The notes under the pieces are model-generated. The model was not told where the DNA came from and did not search any database. It saw only the letters and a program-made list of their open reading frames with translations. Source: Paludibacteraceae bacterium (GTDB lineage Bacteria > Bacteroidota > Bacteroidia > Bacteroidales > Paludibacteraceae). Taken from it: a DNA stretch of 64,000 nucleotides. Made by a program: the position numbers and the translations under genes. Below, piece after piece: positions 44,744 through 53,186 of this stretch (positions are counted from its first letter, which is position 1; the number at the start of each line of letters is the position of its first letter). The stretch covers positions 13,389-77,388 of the forward strand of contig JBJEJX010000074.1 of assembly GCA_051878345.1 (NCBI GenBank), written 5' to 3'.

Positions 44744-46570
44744 TTACTGCGGCATCAAAACGGTTTCACGAATGCGCTTGCGCAAGTCTTTACGCACCAC
44801 GCTGCCGTTGAGGTACTGCTCCATCATCATGCTCGCCACGGGTGCTGCCCACGTGGCACCGAAGCCTGCATTCTCCACCACTACCGCCACGGCTATCTGC
44901 GGGTTCTCCAACGGTGCAAAGCCAATGAAGATAGCATGGTCTTTGCCGTGCGGGTTCTGCACGGTGCCCGTCTTGCCCGCACTCTCCACGCCCGGCACTT
45001 TGTACCAGCGCCCTGTGCCGTTCGTCATCACACGGTGCATACCCTCTTGCACCACGCCGAAATAACAACTGTCAATGGGTGTTTGGTGGCGGCGCAGACG
45101 CATGGAGTCGGCTTTGTTCAGGTGCGGCGTGATGAAATAGCCCTTGTTGGCAATCATTGCCGCCTGGTTCGCCAACTGCAACGGCGTTACCAGCACCTCG
45201 CCCTGTCCGATACTGAGCGAGCGGACAGTAATGGCTTTCCAACCTTTCTTGCCGTAGTACTTATCGTAGAACTGTGTGGTCGGAATGCTGCCCGACGACT
45301 GATAGCCCACATCCGAATCCTCGAAGCGTTGCCCGAAGCCGAACGAGAGCATGTCCTCGCGCCACTGTTCGTAGTTGTGGCGGAAATTCTCGTTCTCCTC
45401 GCCGTAGCCGCCGCGCTGCAACATGTCGCGGAAGGCGCACCAGAAATAGGGGTTGCAACTCTGCTCTATCGCCTCTTCCAGCGAGACGGGGCTGCCGTGG
45501 TGGTGCGTACACTTGATAGGCGTGGAGCCGGGACCGCTGCAAGGGTACTGCGTCCGCGCGGTGATACCTTTCTCCTGCAAGCAGACCAGCGCCTGCACGG
45601 TCTTGAAGGTGGAGCCCGGAGGATAAGTGGCTTGCGTGGCGCGGTTCAGCAGGGGCTTGGAGGCATCGTTGAGCAAGGCGTTGTAGTTGGCGTTGCGCTC
45701 TCTGCCGACCAGCACCTGCGGGTCCCATGCGGGAGACGACACCAGCGCCAGTATCTCGCCCGTCTGCGGCTCTATCGCCACCGCGCTGCCCACCTTATTC
45801 GCCAGCAACTCCTCCGCCAACAGTTGCAACCGTATGTCGAGGGTTATCGTCAGGTCTTTCCCTGCCTGTGCGGGACGGTCCAACTCCCCGTCGTGGTACG
45901 AGCCCTGCAAGCGTCCTTTCGAGTCACGCATCAACACCTCCATGCCTTTCTCCCCGCGCAACGCCAACTCGTAGGTCTGCTCCAGTCCGTCGCGTCCCGA
46001 ATAGTCGCCGCGGCTGTAATAGGAGTCTTTGTCCAAATCGCTCTGGCTCACCTCGCCCACGCTGCCGAGCACATGCGCCGCTGCGTTGTAGGTATAGTCG
46101 CGCAGGGTGCGCTTGCGTATCTGCACGCCGGGGAAACGGAAGAGCGACTCTTGCAGCGTGGCTACATCTTCTTTTTTCAGTTGGCTCAGGAACACCTGCG
46201 GCGTGTAACTCGAATAACCGCGGTTCTTCTTGCGGTTCTTTATGTCGGCTATACGGCTGTCAAACTCTTCGCGGTCTATCGCCAAAGTCTTGCAGAAAGC
46301 CGTGGTGTCGAACTGCTTGCCCATCTCGCGCATAATCATCGTAACCTCGTAAATGGGCTGGTTGAAGACCAACAACTCGCCGTTGCGGTCGTATATCAAG
46401 CCGCGGGAAGGATAGATAGTCTGCCGCACCAAGGCGTTGCTGTCCGCCTTGTCGCCACTCGTAGAATCAATGATTTGCAGGAAAAACAAGCGTATGATAT
46501 ACACCAACACCACACCAACGGCTATCCCGCTGATAACATACCGCCGCTTATAGTTGTTGTCGTTAATCAT
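44744..46570 (-). CDS. mrdA: Penicillin-binding protein 2 (elongasome transpeptidase)
   Basis: 608 aa with STFK, SGN-like and KTGT motifs. Located in the mreBCD-mrdA cluster. Confidence 0.9.
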   Translation of the reverse strand: MINDNNYKRRYVISGIAVGVVLVYIIRLFFLQIIDSTSGDKADSNALVRQTIYPSRGLIYDRNGELLVFNQPIYEVTMIMREMGKQFDTTAFCKTLAIDREEFDSRIADIKNRKKNRGYSSYTPQVFLSQLKKEDVATLQESLFRFPGVQIRKRTLRDYTYNAAAHVLGSVGEVSQSDLDKDSYYSRGDYSGRDGLEQTYELALRGEKGMEVLMRDSKGRLQGSYHDGELDRPAQAGKDLTITLDIRLQLLAEELLANKVGSAVAIEPQTGEILALVSSPAWDPQVLVGRERNANYNALLNDASKPLLNRATQATYPPGSTFKTVQALVCLQEKGITARTQYPCSGPGSTPIKCTHHHGSPVSLEEAIEQSCNPYFWCAFRDMLQRGGYGEENENFRHNYEQWREDMLSFGFGQRFEDSDVGYQSSGSIPTTQFYDKYYGKKGWKAITVRSLSIGQGEVLVTPLQLANQAAMIANKGYFITPHLNKADSMRLRRHQTPIDSCYFGVVQEGMHRVMTNGTGRWYKVPGVESAGKTGTVQNPHGKDHAIFIGFAPLENPQIAVAVVVENAGFGATWAAPVASMMMEQYLNGSVVRKDLRKRIRETVLMPQ

Positions 46571-46655
46571 GATTGTCGGATGAAGGACCGCTCGCTGTGT
46601 TCGCTGAAAGCCTTGATTACTCTCGACTACGCCAAACTAATGCGTCTTTGTTCCC

Positions 46656-47153
46656 TTATCGTTTATTTATCAATGCCGCGCACCCCAATATCAGTACCAA
46701 ACTGACTATGCTGCTGACAAGGATTGTCAAGAGTGTGTGCCACCATAGTTGCAGCGTCCATGCCGTCAGGAAGAAGACCATCAGATGGTGCGCCACTACC
46801 AGTATGGAGGCATATTTGATGAACGGAGCGACACCCATCGTCTGCATGCCGATCACATCGGTCAGTCGGTCAATGTCGTTCACCCACAGCGGGATGAGAT
46901 GCCGCCGGGCATACATCAGCATGATACACGCCGCGGTATGCACTCCCAGCGAGTTACAGAACACATCCATCAGCAGTCCGACCGCCGCCCCTATCAGCAT
47001 ATCCGCCCAGCGGGGCAGCGTGATAGGCATCATCAGCAGCGGCAGGATATAGATAAACGGATGGCACACGCCGCCCAACTGCAACTGGTTAATCAGCAGC
47101 ACTTGCAGCACCATCGCCACCAACCATTGTCCTATTTGTCGTAACCAAAGCAT
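46656..47153 (-). CDS. mreD: Rod shape-determining protein MreD
   Basis: Start moved to ATG 47153 (MLWLRQIGQW). Polytopic membrane protein lying between mreC and mrdA. Confidence 0.75.
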   Translation of the reverse strand: MLWLRQIGQWLVAMVLQVLLINQLQLGGVCHPFIYILPLLMMPITLPRWADMLIGAAVGLLMDVFCNSLGVHTAACIMLMYARRHLIPLWVNDIDRLTDVIGMQTMGVAPFIKYASILVVAHHLMVFFLTAWTLQLWWHTLLTILVSSIVSLVLILGCAALINKR

Positions 47154-47229
47154 GTTTTTATCGGAGCAAAGAACAAAGACACATTCGTTTTGTATAATCA
47201 AGTACTCTTCATTCTTGGTGCCCTGTTCA

Positions 47230-48111
47230 TTATATCTTCAATCCGTTTATCTCTTCCACATCCTCATTATCAATCACTTCTATGTAGCGCAGTCGGCGGA
47301 AATCCGTTGCCAGCCGCACACGCACGGTGTAGTATGATGCGCCCTCTTCCAGTCGGCACTCTTCCACCACGCCCACGGGCACCCCTGCGGGGAAACTGGT
47401 GCTCAAGCCGCTCGTTACTATCGTGTCGCCTATGTTCACCTCCAAATGGGTAGCCACGTCCGCCAACTCGGCAAAGCGCGTGTCGCGACCGTCCCACTGC
47501 AGCGTACCGATATAATCGTTTTTCAGGAATCGGCAACTCAAATGCGTCTCTATGTTGATAAGCGGCAGCACCACCGAGTAGTGTTTGCCCACGGTTGCCA
47601 CGATACCTACCGCCCCTTCATCGTTGCGCACACCCATGCCCTCATATACGCCGTCTTCTTCCCCGCGGTTGACGGTCAGGTAGTTGCGCATGCCGTTCAT
47701 CGTCATCTGCACCACTTTACCCTCGCGATACACTATCGGCTCGCGACCCGCAAGACCTTCTGAATCCCCCTTAAAGGGGGACTTGCTGTCCGCTGACAGT
47801 ACCTCCGTGCTATCCATGCCCTCGCCGACAGCCAGACCACTGACCACTGACCACTGATTGCTGTTCTCCGCCCGGCTCCTCAGTATCGCGTTCTCGGCTG
47901 CCAAGCGGTCGTTCACCCCTTTCAGCCCGAAATAGCCCGTAACCTCCGACACCATCTCATACTGCCATGCCACCAGCCTGTTGGCGGTGCTCAGCACACT
48001 GCTGCGGGGGTAGGCATTGCACCACACCACCAGCAAAAACGCGGCAACTTCCAGCAGGATGAACAGCAGGAAGTTGCCATAGCGCAGTATGAATTTGAGC
48101 AAAGTTTGCAT
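47230..48111 (-). CDS. mreC: Rod shape-determining protein MreC
   Basis: Start moved to ATG 48111 (MQTLLKFILRYGNF). TM helix, coiled coil and beta domains, in the expected position. In-frame repeats at 47765-47857. Confidence 0.85.
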   Translation of the reverse strand: MQTLLKFILRYGNFLLFILLEVAAFLLVVWCNAYPRSSVLSTANRLVAWQYEMVSEVTGYFGLKGVNDRLAAENAILRSRAENSNQWSVVSGLAVGEGMDSTEVLSADSKSPFKGDSEGLAGREPIVYREGKVVQMTMNGMRNYLTVNRGEEDGVYEGMGVRNDEGAVGIVATVGKHYSVVLPLINIETHLSCRFLKNDYIGTLQWDGRDTRFAELADVATHLEVNIGDTIVTSGLSTSFPAGVPVGVVEECRLEEGASYYTVRVRLATDFRRLRYIEVIDNEDVEEINGLKI

Positions 48112-48128
48112 AAGAAGGAAAGATGGAA

Positions 48129-48240
48129 CCCACCCCAACCCTCCCTACGAAGGGAGGGAGTAGGAGAATTACATTTGTCTATAGATTCTAATTTTTCTCC
48201 CTCCCTCTGTAGGGAGGGACGGGGTGGGTCCTGGGGTCCT
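48129..48240. repeat. Composite GGGAGGG-palindrome element between mreB and mreC
   Basis: ccctccctacgaagggaggga, an AT-rich spacer, then tccctccctctgtagggagggacggggtggg. Confidence 0.85.
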
Positions 48241-48247
48241 GAAGGTC

Positions 48248-49267
48248 TTATCTAATCAAGAATCCGAAGTTATTCACATTCTTCAGGGCGATACCCGTGC
48301 CGCGTGCCACGGAGAGCAACGGCTCGTCTGCCACGTGGAAAGGAATGGTAATCTTATCCGTCAGGCGCTTTGCCAGTCCGCGGAGCAGCGCACCGCCACC
48401 CGCAAGGTAGATACCCTTGTTCACAATGTCGGCATACAACTCAGGCGGCGTAGCCTCCAGCGCTTGCAGCACGGCGCTCTCTATCTTCGAGATACTCTTC
48501 TCCAAGCAGTGCGCCACCTCCTGGTAACTTACCGGCACCGACATAGGCAATGCCGTTACCTTGTTCGGACCCACCACGATATAGTCCTCCGGCGCGTCCT
48601 CCAACTCCGGCAGCGCGGCGCCCACGTTTATCTTGATACGCTCCGCCGTCGGCTCGTCAATCTTGAGGTTGTGCATACGGCTCATGTACTCGATTATGTC
48701 TTGGTTGAAATCGTCGCCCGCCACCTTAATGGACTTGTTCGCCACGATACCGCCCAGCGAGATAACGGCAATCTCCGTCGTACCACCGCCTATGTCCACT
48801 ATCATGCACCCTTCGGGACTCTCCACATCGATACCGATACCTATCGCCGCCGCCATCGGCTCGTAGAGCATATACACATCGCGTCCGCCGGCGTGCTCTG
48901 AACTGTCGCGCACGGCGCGTATCTCCACCTCCGTGCAGCCCGACGGGATACCTACCACCATGCGAATGCTCGGCGTGAACAGCAGGCTCTGCTTGGGTAT
49001 CATCTTTATCATGCCGCGTATCATCATCTCGCACGCTTGGAAGTCGGCTATCACGCCTTCTTTGAGCGGGCGAATGGTCTTCACCATCATGCCGCCGCGA
49101 CCTATCATCTGCTGTGCTTTCCTGCCCACGGCGAGACACTTGTTGTCCGCCATACTAATCGCCACCACCGACGGCTCGTTCACCACCACCTTGTCGTTGC
49201 ACATAATCAGCGTGTTCGCGGTGCCTAAATCAATCGCAATCTCTTGCGTAAACGAAAAAAGTCCCAT
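48248..49267 (-). CDS. mreB: Rod shape-determining protein MreB
   Basis: 339 aa with the actin-fold motifs IAIDLGTANT and VDIGGGTTE. Confidence 0.95.
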   Translation of the reverse strand: MGLFSFTQEIAIDLGTANTLIMCNDKVVVNEPSVVAISMADNKCLAVGRKAQQMIGRGGMMVKTIRPLKEGVIADFQACEMMIRGMIKMIPKQSLLFTPSIRMVVGIPSGCTEVEIRAVRDSSEHAGGRDVYMLYEPMAAAIGIGIDVESPEGCMIVDIGGGTTEIAVISLGGIVANKSIKVAGDDFNQDIIEYMSRMHNLKIDEPTAERIKINVGAALPELEDAPEDYIVVGPNKVTALPMSVPVSYQEVAHCLEKSISKIESAVLQALEATPPELYADIVNKGIYLAGGGALLRGLAKRLTDKITIPFHVADEPLLSVARGTGIALKNVNNFGFLIR

Positions 49268-49419
49268 GTCTTATTTATAGAGTTGAAAGAAATTTTCACT
49301 TTGAGGGCGCAAAGTTACAACTTTTTTTCCATATATGCAAGCATTATCGCAAAAACTTTTTCCCTCTTTTTCCAAATCCCCCGCGGAGAAATTCACCCTA
49401 ACCTGCGCTCAAAACGCAG

Positions 49420-49456
49420 TTTGCAACCGAGTTGCACGAAAAAAGCAGTACCTTTG
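49420..49456 (+). promoter_or_regulatory. Promoter (-7 TACCTTTG) of the CDF gene
   Basis: TACCTTTG at 49449-49456 and TTTG at 49420-49423. The spacing is somewhat long. Confidence 0.55.
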
Positions 49457-49483
49457 CACCCGAAATCGAAAAACTATACACTC

Positions 49484-50113
49484 ATGGCACATCGGCACCA
49501 ACATACTTCTTCGGTCGGGATTCTCGGACTCTGCATAGGTGTGAACCTGGTATTTGTGGCGGCAGAGGCGGTCGTCGGCTGGTACGGCAACTCGTCGGGT
49601 CTGCTCTCCGACGCGGGGCACAACCTGAGCGATGTGCTGGGACTGATACTGTCGCTCGTGGCTATCCTGCTTGCCCGCCGCGGCAACCCGAACAGCCGTC
49701 GGGTCTCTCTGCGCGTTACGCTGGCGAACGGGCTCCTGCTGCTCCTGACCATCGGACTGATAGTGGCGGACTGCGTGGAGCAGATACTGTACCCCAAGGA
49801 GGTGAACAGCACCGCCATCATCCTGACCGCGGGCATAGGTATCGTGATTAACGGACTGACGGCATGGTGGCTCACCCGCAGCGGAGAGGAAGACCTGAAT
49901 ATCCGCGCCGCATTCCTGCATGCAGCCACCGACACACTGGTCTCCGTGGGCGTGGTGGCGGCAGGCGTAGCCATCCGCTTCACGGGCTGGACGCTCCTCG
50001 ACCCGATAGTGAGCCTTGTCATCTCCGTGGTGATATTGGTGCCTACCGTGCGGCTGCTGCGGGATACGATACGGACTATGAAACAAGACAACAATGAATC
50101 CATAGAGCCTTGA
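49484..50113 (+). CDS. Cation diffusion facilitator transporter, membrane domain only
   Basis: Start moved to ATG 49484 (MAHRHQHTSS). Six TM helices with the HNLSD and HAATD motifs. It ends about 25 aa after TM6, so there is no cytoplasmic C-terminal domain. Confidence 0.75.
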   Translation: MAHRHQHTSSVGILGLCIGVNLVFVAAEAVVGWYGNSSGLLSDAGHNLSDVLGLILSLVAILLARRGNPNSRRVSLRVTLANGLLLLLTIGLIVADCVEQILYPKEVNSTAIILTAGIGIVINGLTAWWLTRSGEEDLNIRAAFLHAATDTLVSVGVVAAGVAIRFTGWTLLDPIVSLVISVVILVPTVRLLRDTIRTMKQDNNESIEP

Positions 50114-50177
50114 AACAGAGGCGCAAAACATGGATACACCCATAACTATTCTTAAATTAAATGACCACCAACCACTT

Positions 50178-52523
50178 ATGAAACCGAACTTAACATTCCT
50201 TATAGCCTTGCTTCTTCTGCCCCTTGCCGCTTTGGCAAAGCCTGTCAGCGGCGTAGTAACGGACGACAGAGGCGAACCGCTGATAGGCGCGAATGTCTAT
50301 TGGGCGGGTACCGGCACGGGTGTCGCCACCGACATAGACGGGGCGTTCTCGCTGCCTGTCGTCAGCAGCACGAACCTGCTGGTTACCAGTTATATGGGTT
50401 ACCACAACGACACCACCAAAGTGCACGGCGGCGAGCAACTGACCATCGTCCTCGTGTCTGACCTTGTGCTGGACGAGGTAACCATCACGGAGCGCAAAAT
50501 GGCGGTGCTCCGCTCGCGCACCGCTGCCTTCGACACGCAGACGCTGACGGGCGATGAACTATGCAAAGCCGCCTGCTGCAACCTGTCGGAGAGTTTCGAG
50601 ACCAGTGCGTCGGTGGATGTGGCATACGCCGATGCCGCCACGGGAGCGAAGCAGATACGCCTGCTCGGACTGAGCGGCACCTATGTGCAACTGCTCACGG
50701 AAAACACCCCTAATGTGCGCGGACTGGCGCAGTCGTTCGGCATGGAGTATATCCCCGGCGCGTGGATGGAAGCCATACAGGTGAGCAAAGGCACATCCTC
50801 CGTCATCAACGGCTACGAGGCGATAGCGGGGCAGATAAACGTGGAGTTCCTCAAGCCGCAGAAGCAAGACCCTATTGCCGTGAACCTATACCTTAACACC
50901 GAACTCATGGCGGAGATAAACGCCACAGGCGGCTGGGACATCAACGACAAAGTCTCCACGGGCGTGCTGTTGAACGCCAAAGACATGGAGTTGGAAATGG
51001 ACCACAACCACGACGGCTTTGCGGACATGCCCCGCAACCGCAACCTCAACCTGCTCAACCGCTGGTATATCAAGTCGGGCGACTACACGGGGCAAGTGCT
51101 CGTCCGCACCCTCTACGACCAACGCCTCGGCGGGACGCTGTCTTCTCTCAACGCTCAACTCTCAACGCTCAACGCTGCGCAATCTTATCCTATCGACCTG
51201 CGCACGCGGCGGATAGACGGCTTTGTGAAGAACGGCTATGTGTTCGACCAGGAGACGGGCATGTCTGTCGGCGTCATCGCATCCGCATCCTACCATAGCC
51301 AAAGCAACCGCTACGGCTCGCGCCTGTGGGACGCCAACCAGACCAACGCCTACCTGAACGCCATCTTCCAGACCTCGTTTGAAGACCCCGAATTGGACCC
51401 CTTCGACTACCACGAGCACAAACTCTCCGCCGGTATATCCGTCAACTACGACCGCTACGATGAGCGGTACAACGGGATTTTTGGCGGCATGAACGCCCCG
51501 TTGGGTATGCTCCTGAACGAACTCACGCCGGGTATGTTCGCCGAGTACACCTATTCCTACAAAGACAAGGTTACGCTCCTTGTGGGTCTGCGGGAGGACT
51601 ACTCCACCCGCTACGGCTTCTTCACCACGCCGCGTATGAACCTGCGCTATGCGCCCTTCGAGTGGTGGACGCTGCGCGGAAGCGTGGGCTTGGGTTACCG
51701 CTCGCCCAACATCGTTGCCGACAATGCCGCCTACCTGCCTTCCAACCGGGTCTATACAATGGACAAGAGCCTGAAGCAGGAACGCTCGCTCAACACGGGT
51801 CTCACCACCACTTTCTATATCCCCGTCGGCAAGCGTGAACTGACGCTCTCCGCCGAGTACTACTACACCCGCTTCCTCGACGGCGTGATAGCCGACATCG
51901 ACCAATACCTGCACGGCGTGCGGCTGTTCAACATAAGCGACATCCCCGGCGCCGAATCCTACTCGCACAACTATCAGATAGAGGCGAACATGGAGATACT
52001 GCGCGGCTGGACCATGACGGCAGCCTTCCGCTATACGGATGTGAAGCAGAGCACCTTTCTGCCCACGGGCGAACTGGTCCTAATGGACAAGGCGCTGCAA
52101 AATCAGTTCAAGGCGGTGCTCACCACCAGTTACCAAACGCCGCTGAAGACATGGCAGTTCGACTTCACGGCGCAGTTCAACGGTCCCGGTCGTATGCCCA
52201 CGGGCTTCACCATACCCGAAGGCAGCAAACAGTACTATACGGCTCCCTCCCTTGTAGGGAGGGATGGGGAGGGTCCTATCTATCACAAGTGGTATCCACA
52301 GTTGCTCGGACAGATTACCAAGTACTGGCGCACCTGCTCGCTCTATCTCGGCGCGGAGAACATGACCAACTTCACCCAAGACAGCCCGCTCAAAGGCGAC
52401 CGGTACGAGAACAGCACCCATGTGAACCCCTACTCGTCCGACTTTGACGCCTCCATGGTATGGGCACCCATCAACGGATGGAAAATCTACCTCGGCTTCC
52501 GCTGGAACTTGGAAAGAGAATGA
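50178..52523 (+). CDS. TonB-dependent receptor with carboxypeptidase-regulatory-like N-terminal domain
   Basis: Start at ATG 50178 (MKPNLTFLIALLLLPLAALA). GVVTDDRGEPLIGANV, a plug domain and a beta-barrel ending ...LGFRWNLERE. Two in-frame repeat insertions. Confidence 0.85.
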   Translation: MKPNLTFLIALLLLPLAALAKPVSGVVTDDRGEPLIGANVYWAGTGTGVATDIDGAFSLPVVSSTNLLVTSYMGYHNDTTKVHGGEQLTIVLVSDLVLDEVTITERKMAVLRSRTAAFDTQTLTGDELCKAACCNLSESFETSASVDVAYADAATGAKQIRLLGLSGTYVQLLTENTPNVRGLAQSFGMEYIPGAWMEAIQVSKGTSSVINGYEAIAGQINVEFLKPQKQDPIAVNLYLNTELMAEINATGGWDINDKVSTGVLLNAKDMELEMDHNHDGFADMPRNRNLNLLNRWYIKSGDYTGQVLVRTLYDQRLGGTLSSLNAQLSTLNAAQSYPIDLRTRRIDGFVKNGYVFDQETGMSVGVIASASYHSQSNRYGSRLWDANQTNAYLNAIFQTSFEDPELDPFDYHEHKLSAGISVNYDRYDERYNGIFGGMNAPLGMLLNELTPGMFAEYTYSYKDKVTLLVGLREDYSTRYGFFTTPRMNLRYAPFEWWTLRGSVGLGYRSPNIVADNAAYLPSNRVYTMDKSLKQERSLNTGLTTTFYIPVGKRELTLSAEYYYTRFLDGVIADIDQYLHGVRLFNISDIPGAESYSHNYQIEANMEILRGWTMTAAFRYTDVKQSTFLPTGELVLMDKALQNQFKAVLTTSYQTPLKTWQFDFTAQFNGPGRMPTGFTIPEGSKQYYTAPSLVGRDGEGPIYHKWYPQLLGQITKYWRTCSLYLGAENMTNFTQDSPLKGDRYENSTHVNPYSSDFDASMVWAPINGWKIYLGFRWNLERE

Positions 52524-52631
52524 CCCAACCCTACCCTCCCTGCAAAGGGAGGGAGAAAATATAATTACTTATTGTTTAACTAAAACTAATTAACCTTCTC
52601 TCCCCCTTTGTAGGGGGAGTTGGAGGGGGTC
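52524..52631. repeat. Composite GGGAGGG-palindrome element
   Basis: ccctccctgcaaagggaggga, an AT-rich spacer, then ctccccctttgtagggggagttggaggggg. Confidence 0.85.
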
Positions 52632-52639
52632 CGTTTCTT

Positions 52640-52993
52640 ATGAAAAAGTATCTCATTCTCCTCTTGGCACTCTTGCCAATGGCGGCTATCCAAGCCAAGC
52701 CGAACAAACAAACCGTCGTCCTCTACTGCGACCTGCATTGCCAGGGCTGCTGCGACAAGATTATGAAGAATATCGCTTTCGAGAAGGGAGTGAAAGATAT
52801 CCGGTTCGATATGGAGCAGCAGGCGGTTACCGTCACTTTCGATGCCAATAAGACCGATGTCCCCACCTTGCAGAAAGCCTTTGCCAAGATAGGCAAACCC
52901 GCCACCACCCGCAAGCCCGAACCGCAAAAGCCCGAAGACCACGACCACCGCAAGGACGCCCGCCAAGCCGGACACGAAGGGCATAAGCACTAA
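52640..52993 (+). CDS. Secreted heavy-metal-associated (HMA) domain protein with His-rich tail
   Basis: 117 aa with a signal peptide, CDLHCQGCCDKI (CxxC) and the tail HDHRKDARQAGHEGHKH. Confidence 0.8.
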   Translation: MKKYLILLLALLPMAAIQAKPNKQTVVLYCDLHCQGCCDKIMKNIAFEKGVKDIRFDMEQQAVTVTFDANKTDVPTLQKAFAKIGKPATTRKPEPQKPEDHDHRKDARQAGHEGHKH

Positions 52994-52999
52994 GCATCG

Positions 53000-53166
53000 G
53001 CTCCGCAGGCGTCCCGCCTGCGGACTCCCCGCGAGCAACGCGCAGCGGACTGCTCTCTGCGGGCGGTGTGGAACAAACCGAAAAGTCTTGCGCTGGTCCT
53101 AACTCCTTGCTAACAGTTAACATACAAAGGGGGTGTCTAACTTGACTCGTTAGACACCCTCTTTGT
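53000..53166 (+). repeat. GC-rich element with terminal hairpin, divergent copy 3
   Basis: Shares CGCAGGCGTCCCGC, CCCCGCGAGCAACGCGCAG, GCTCTCTGCGG and GGAACAAA with copies 1 and 2. Terminal hairpin at 53125-53166. Confidence 0.6.
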
Positions 53167-53186
53167 CGGTATACAGAATGGTCTGT

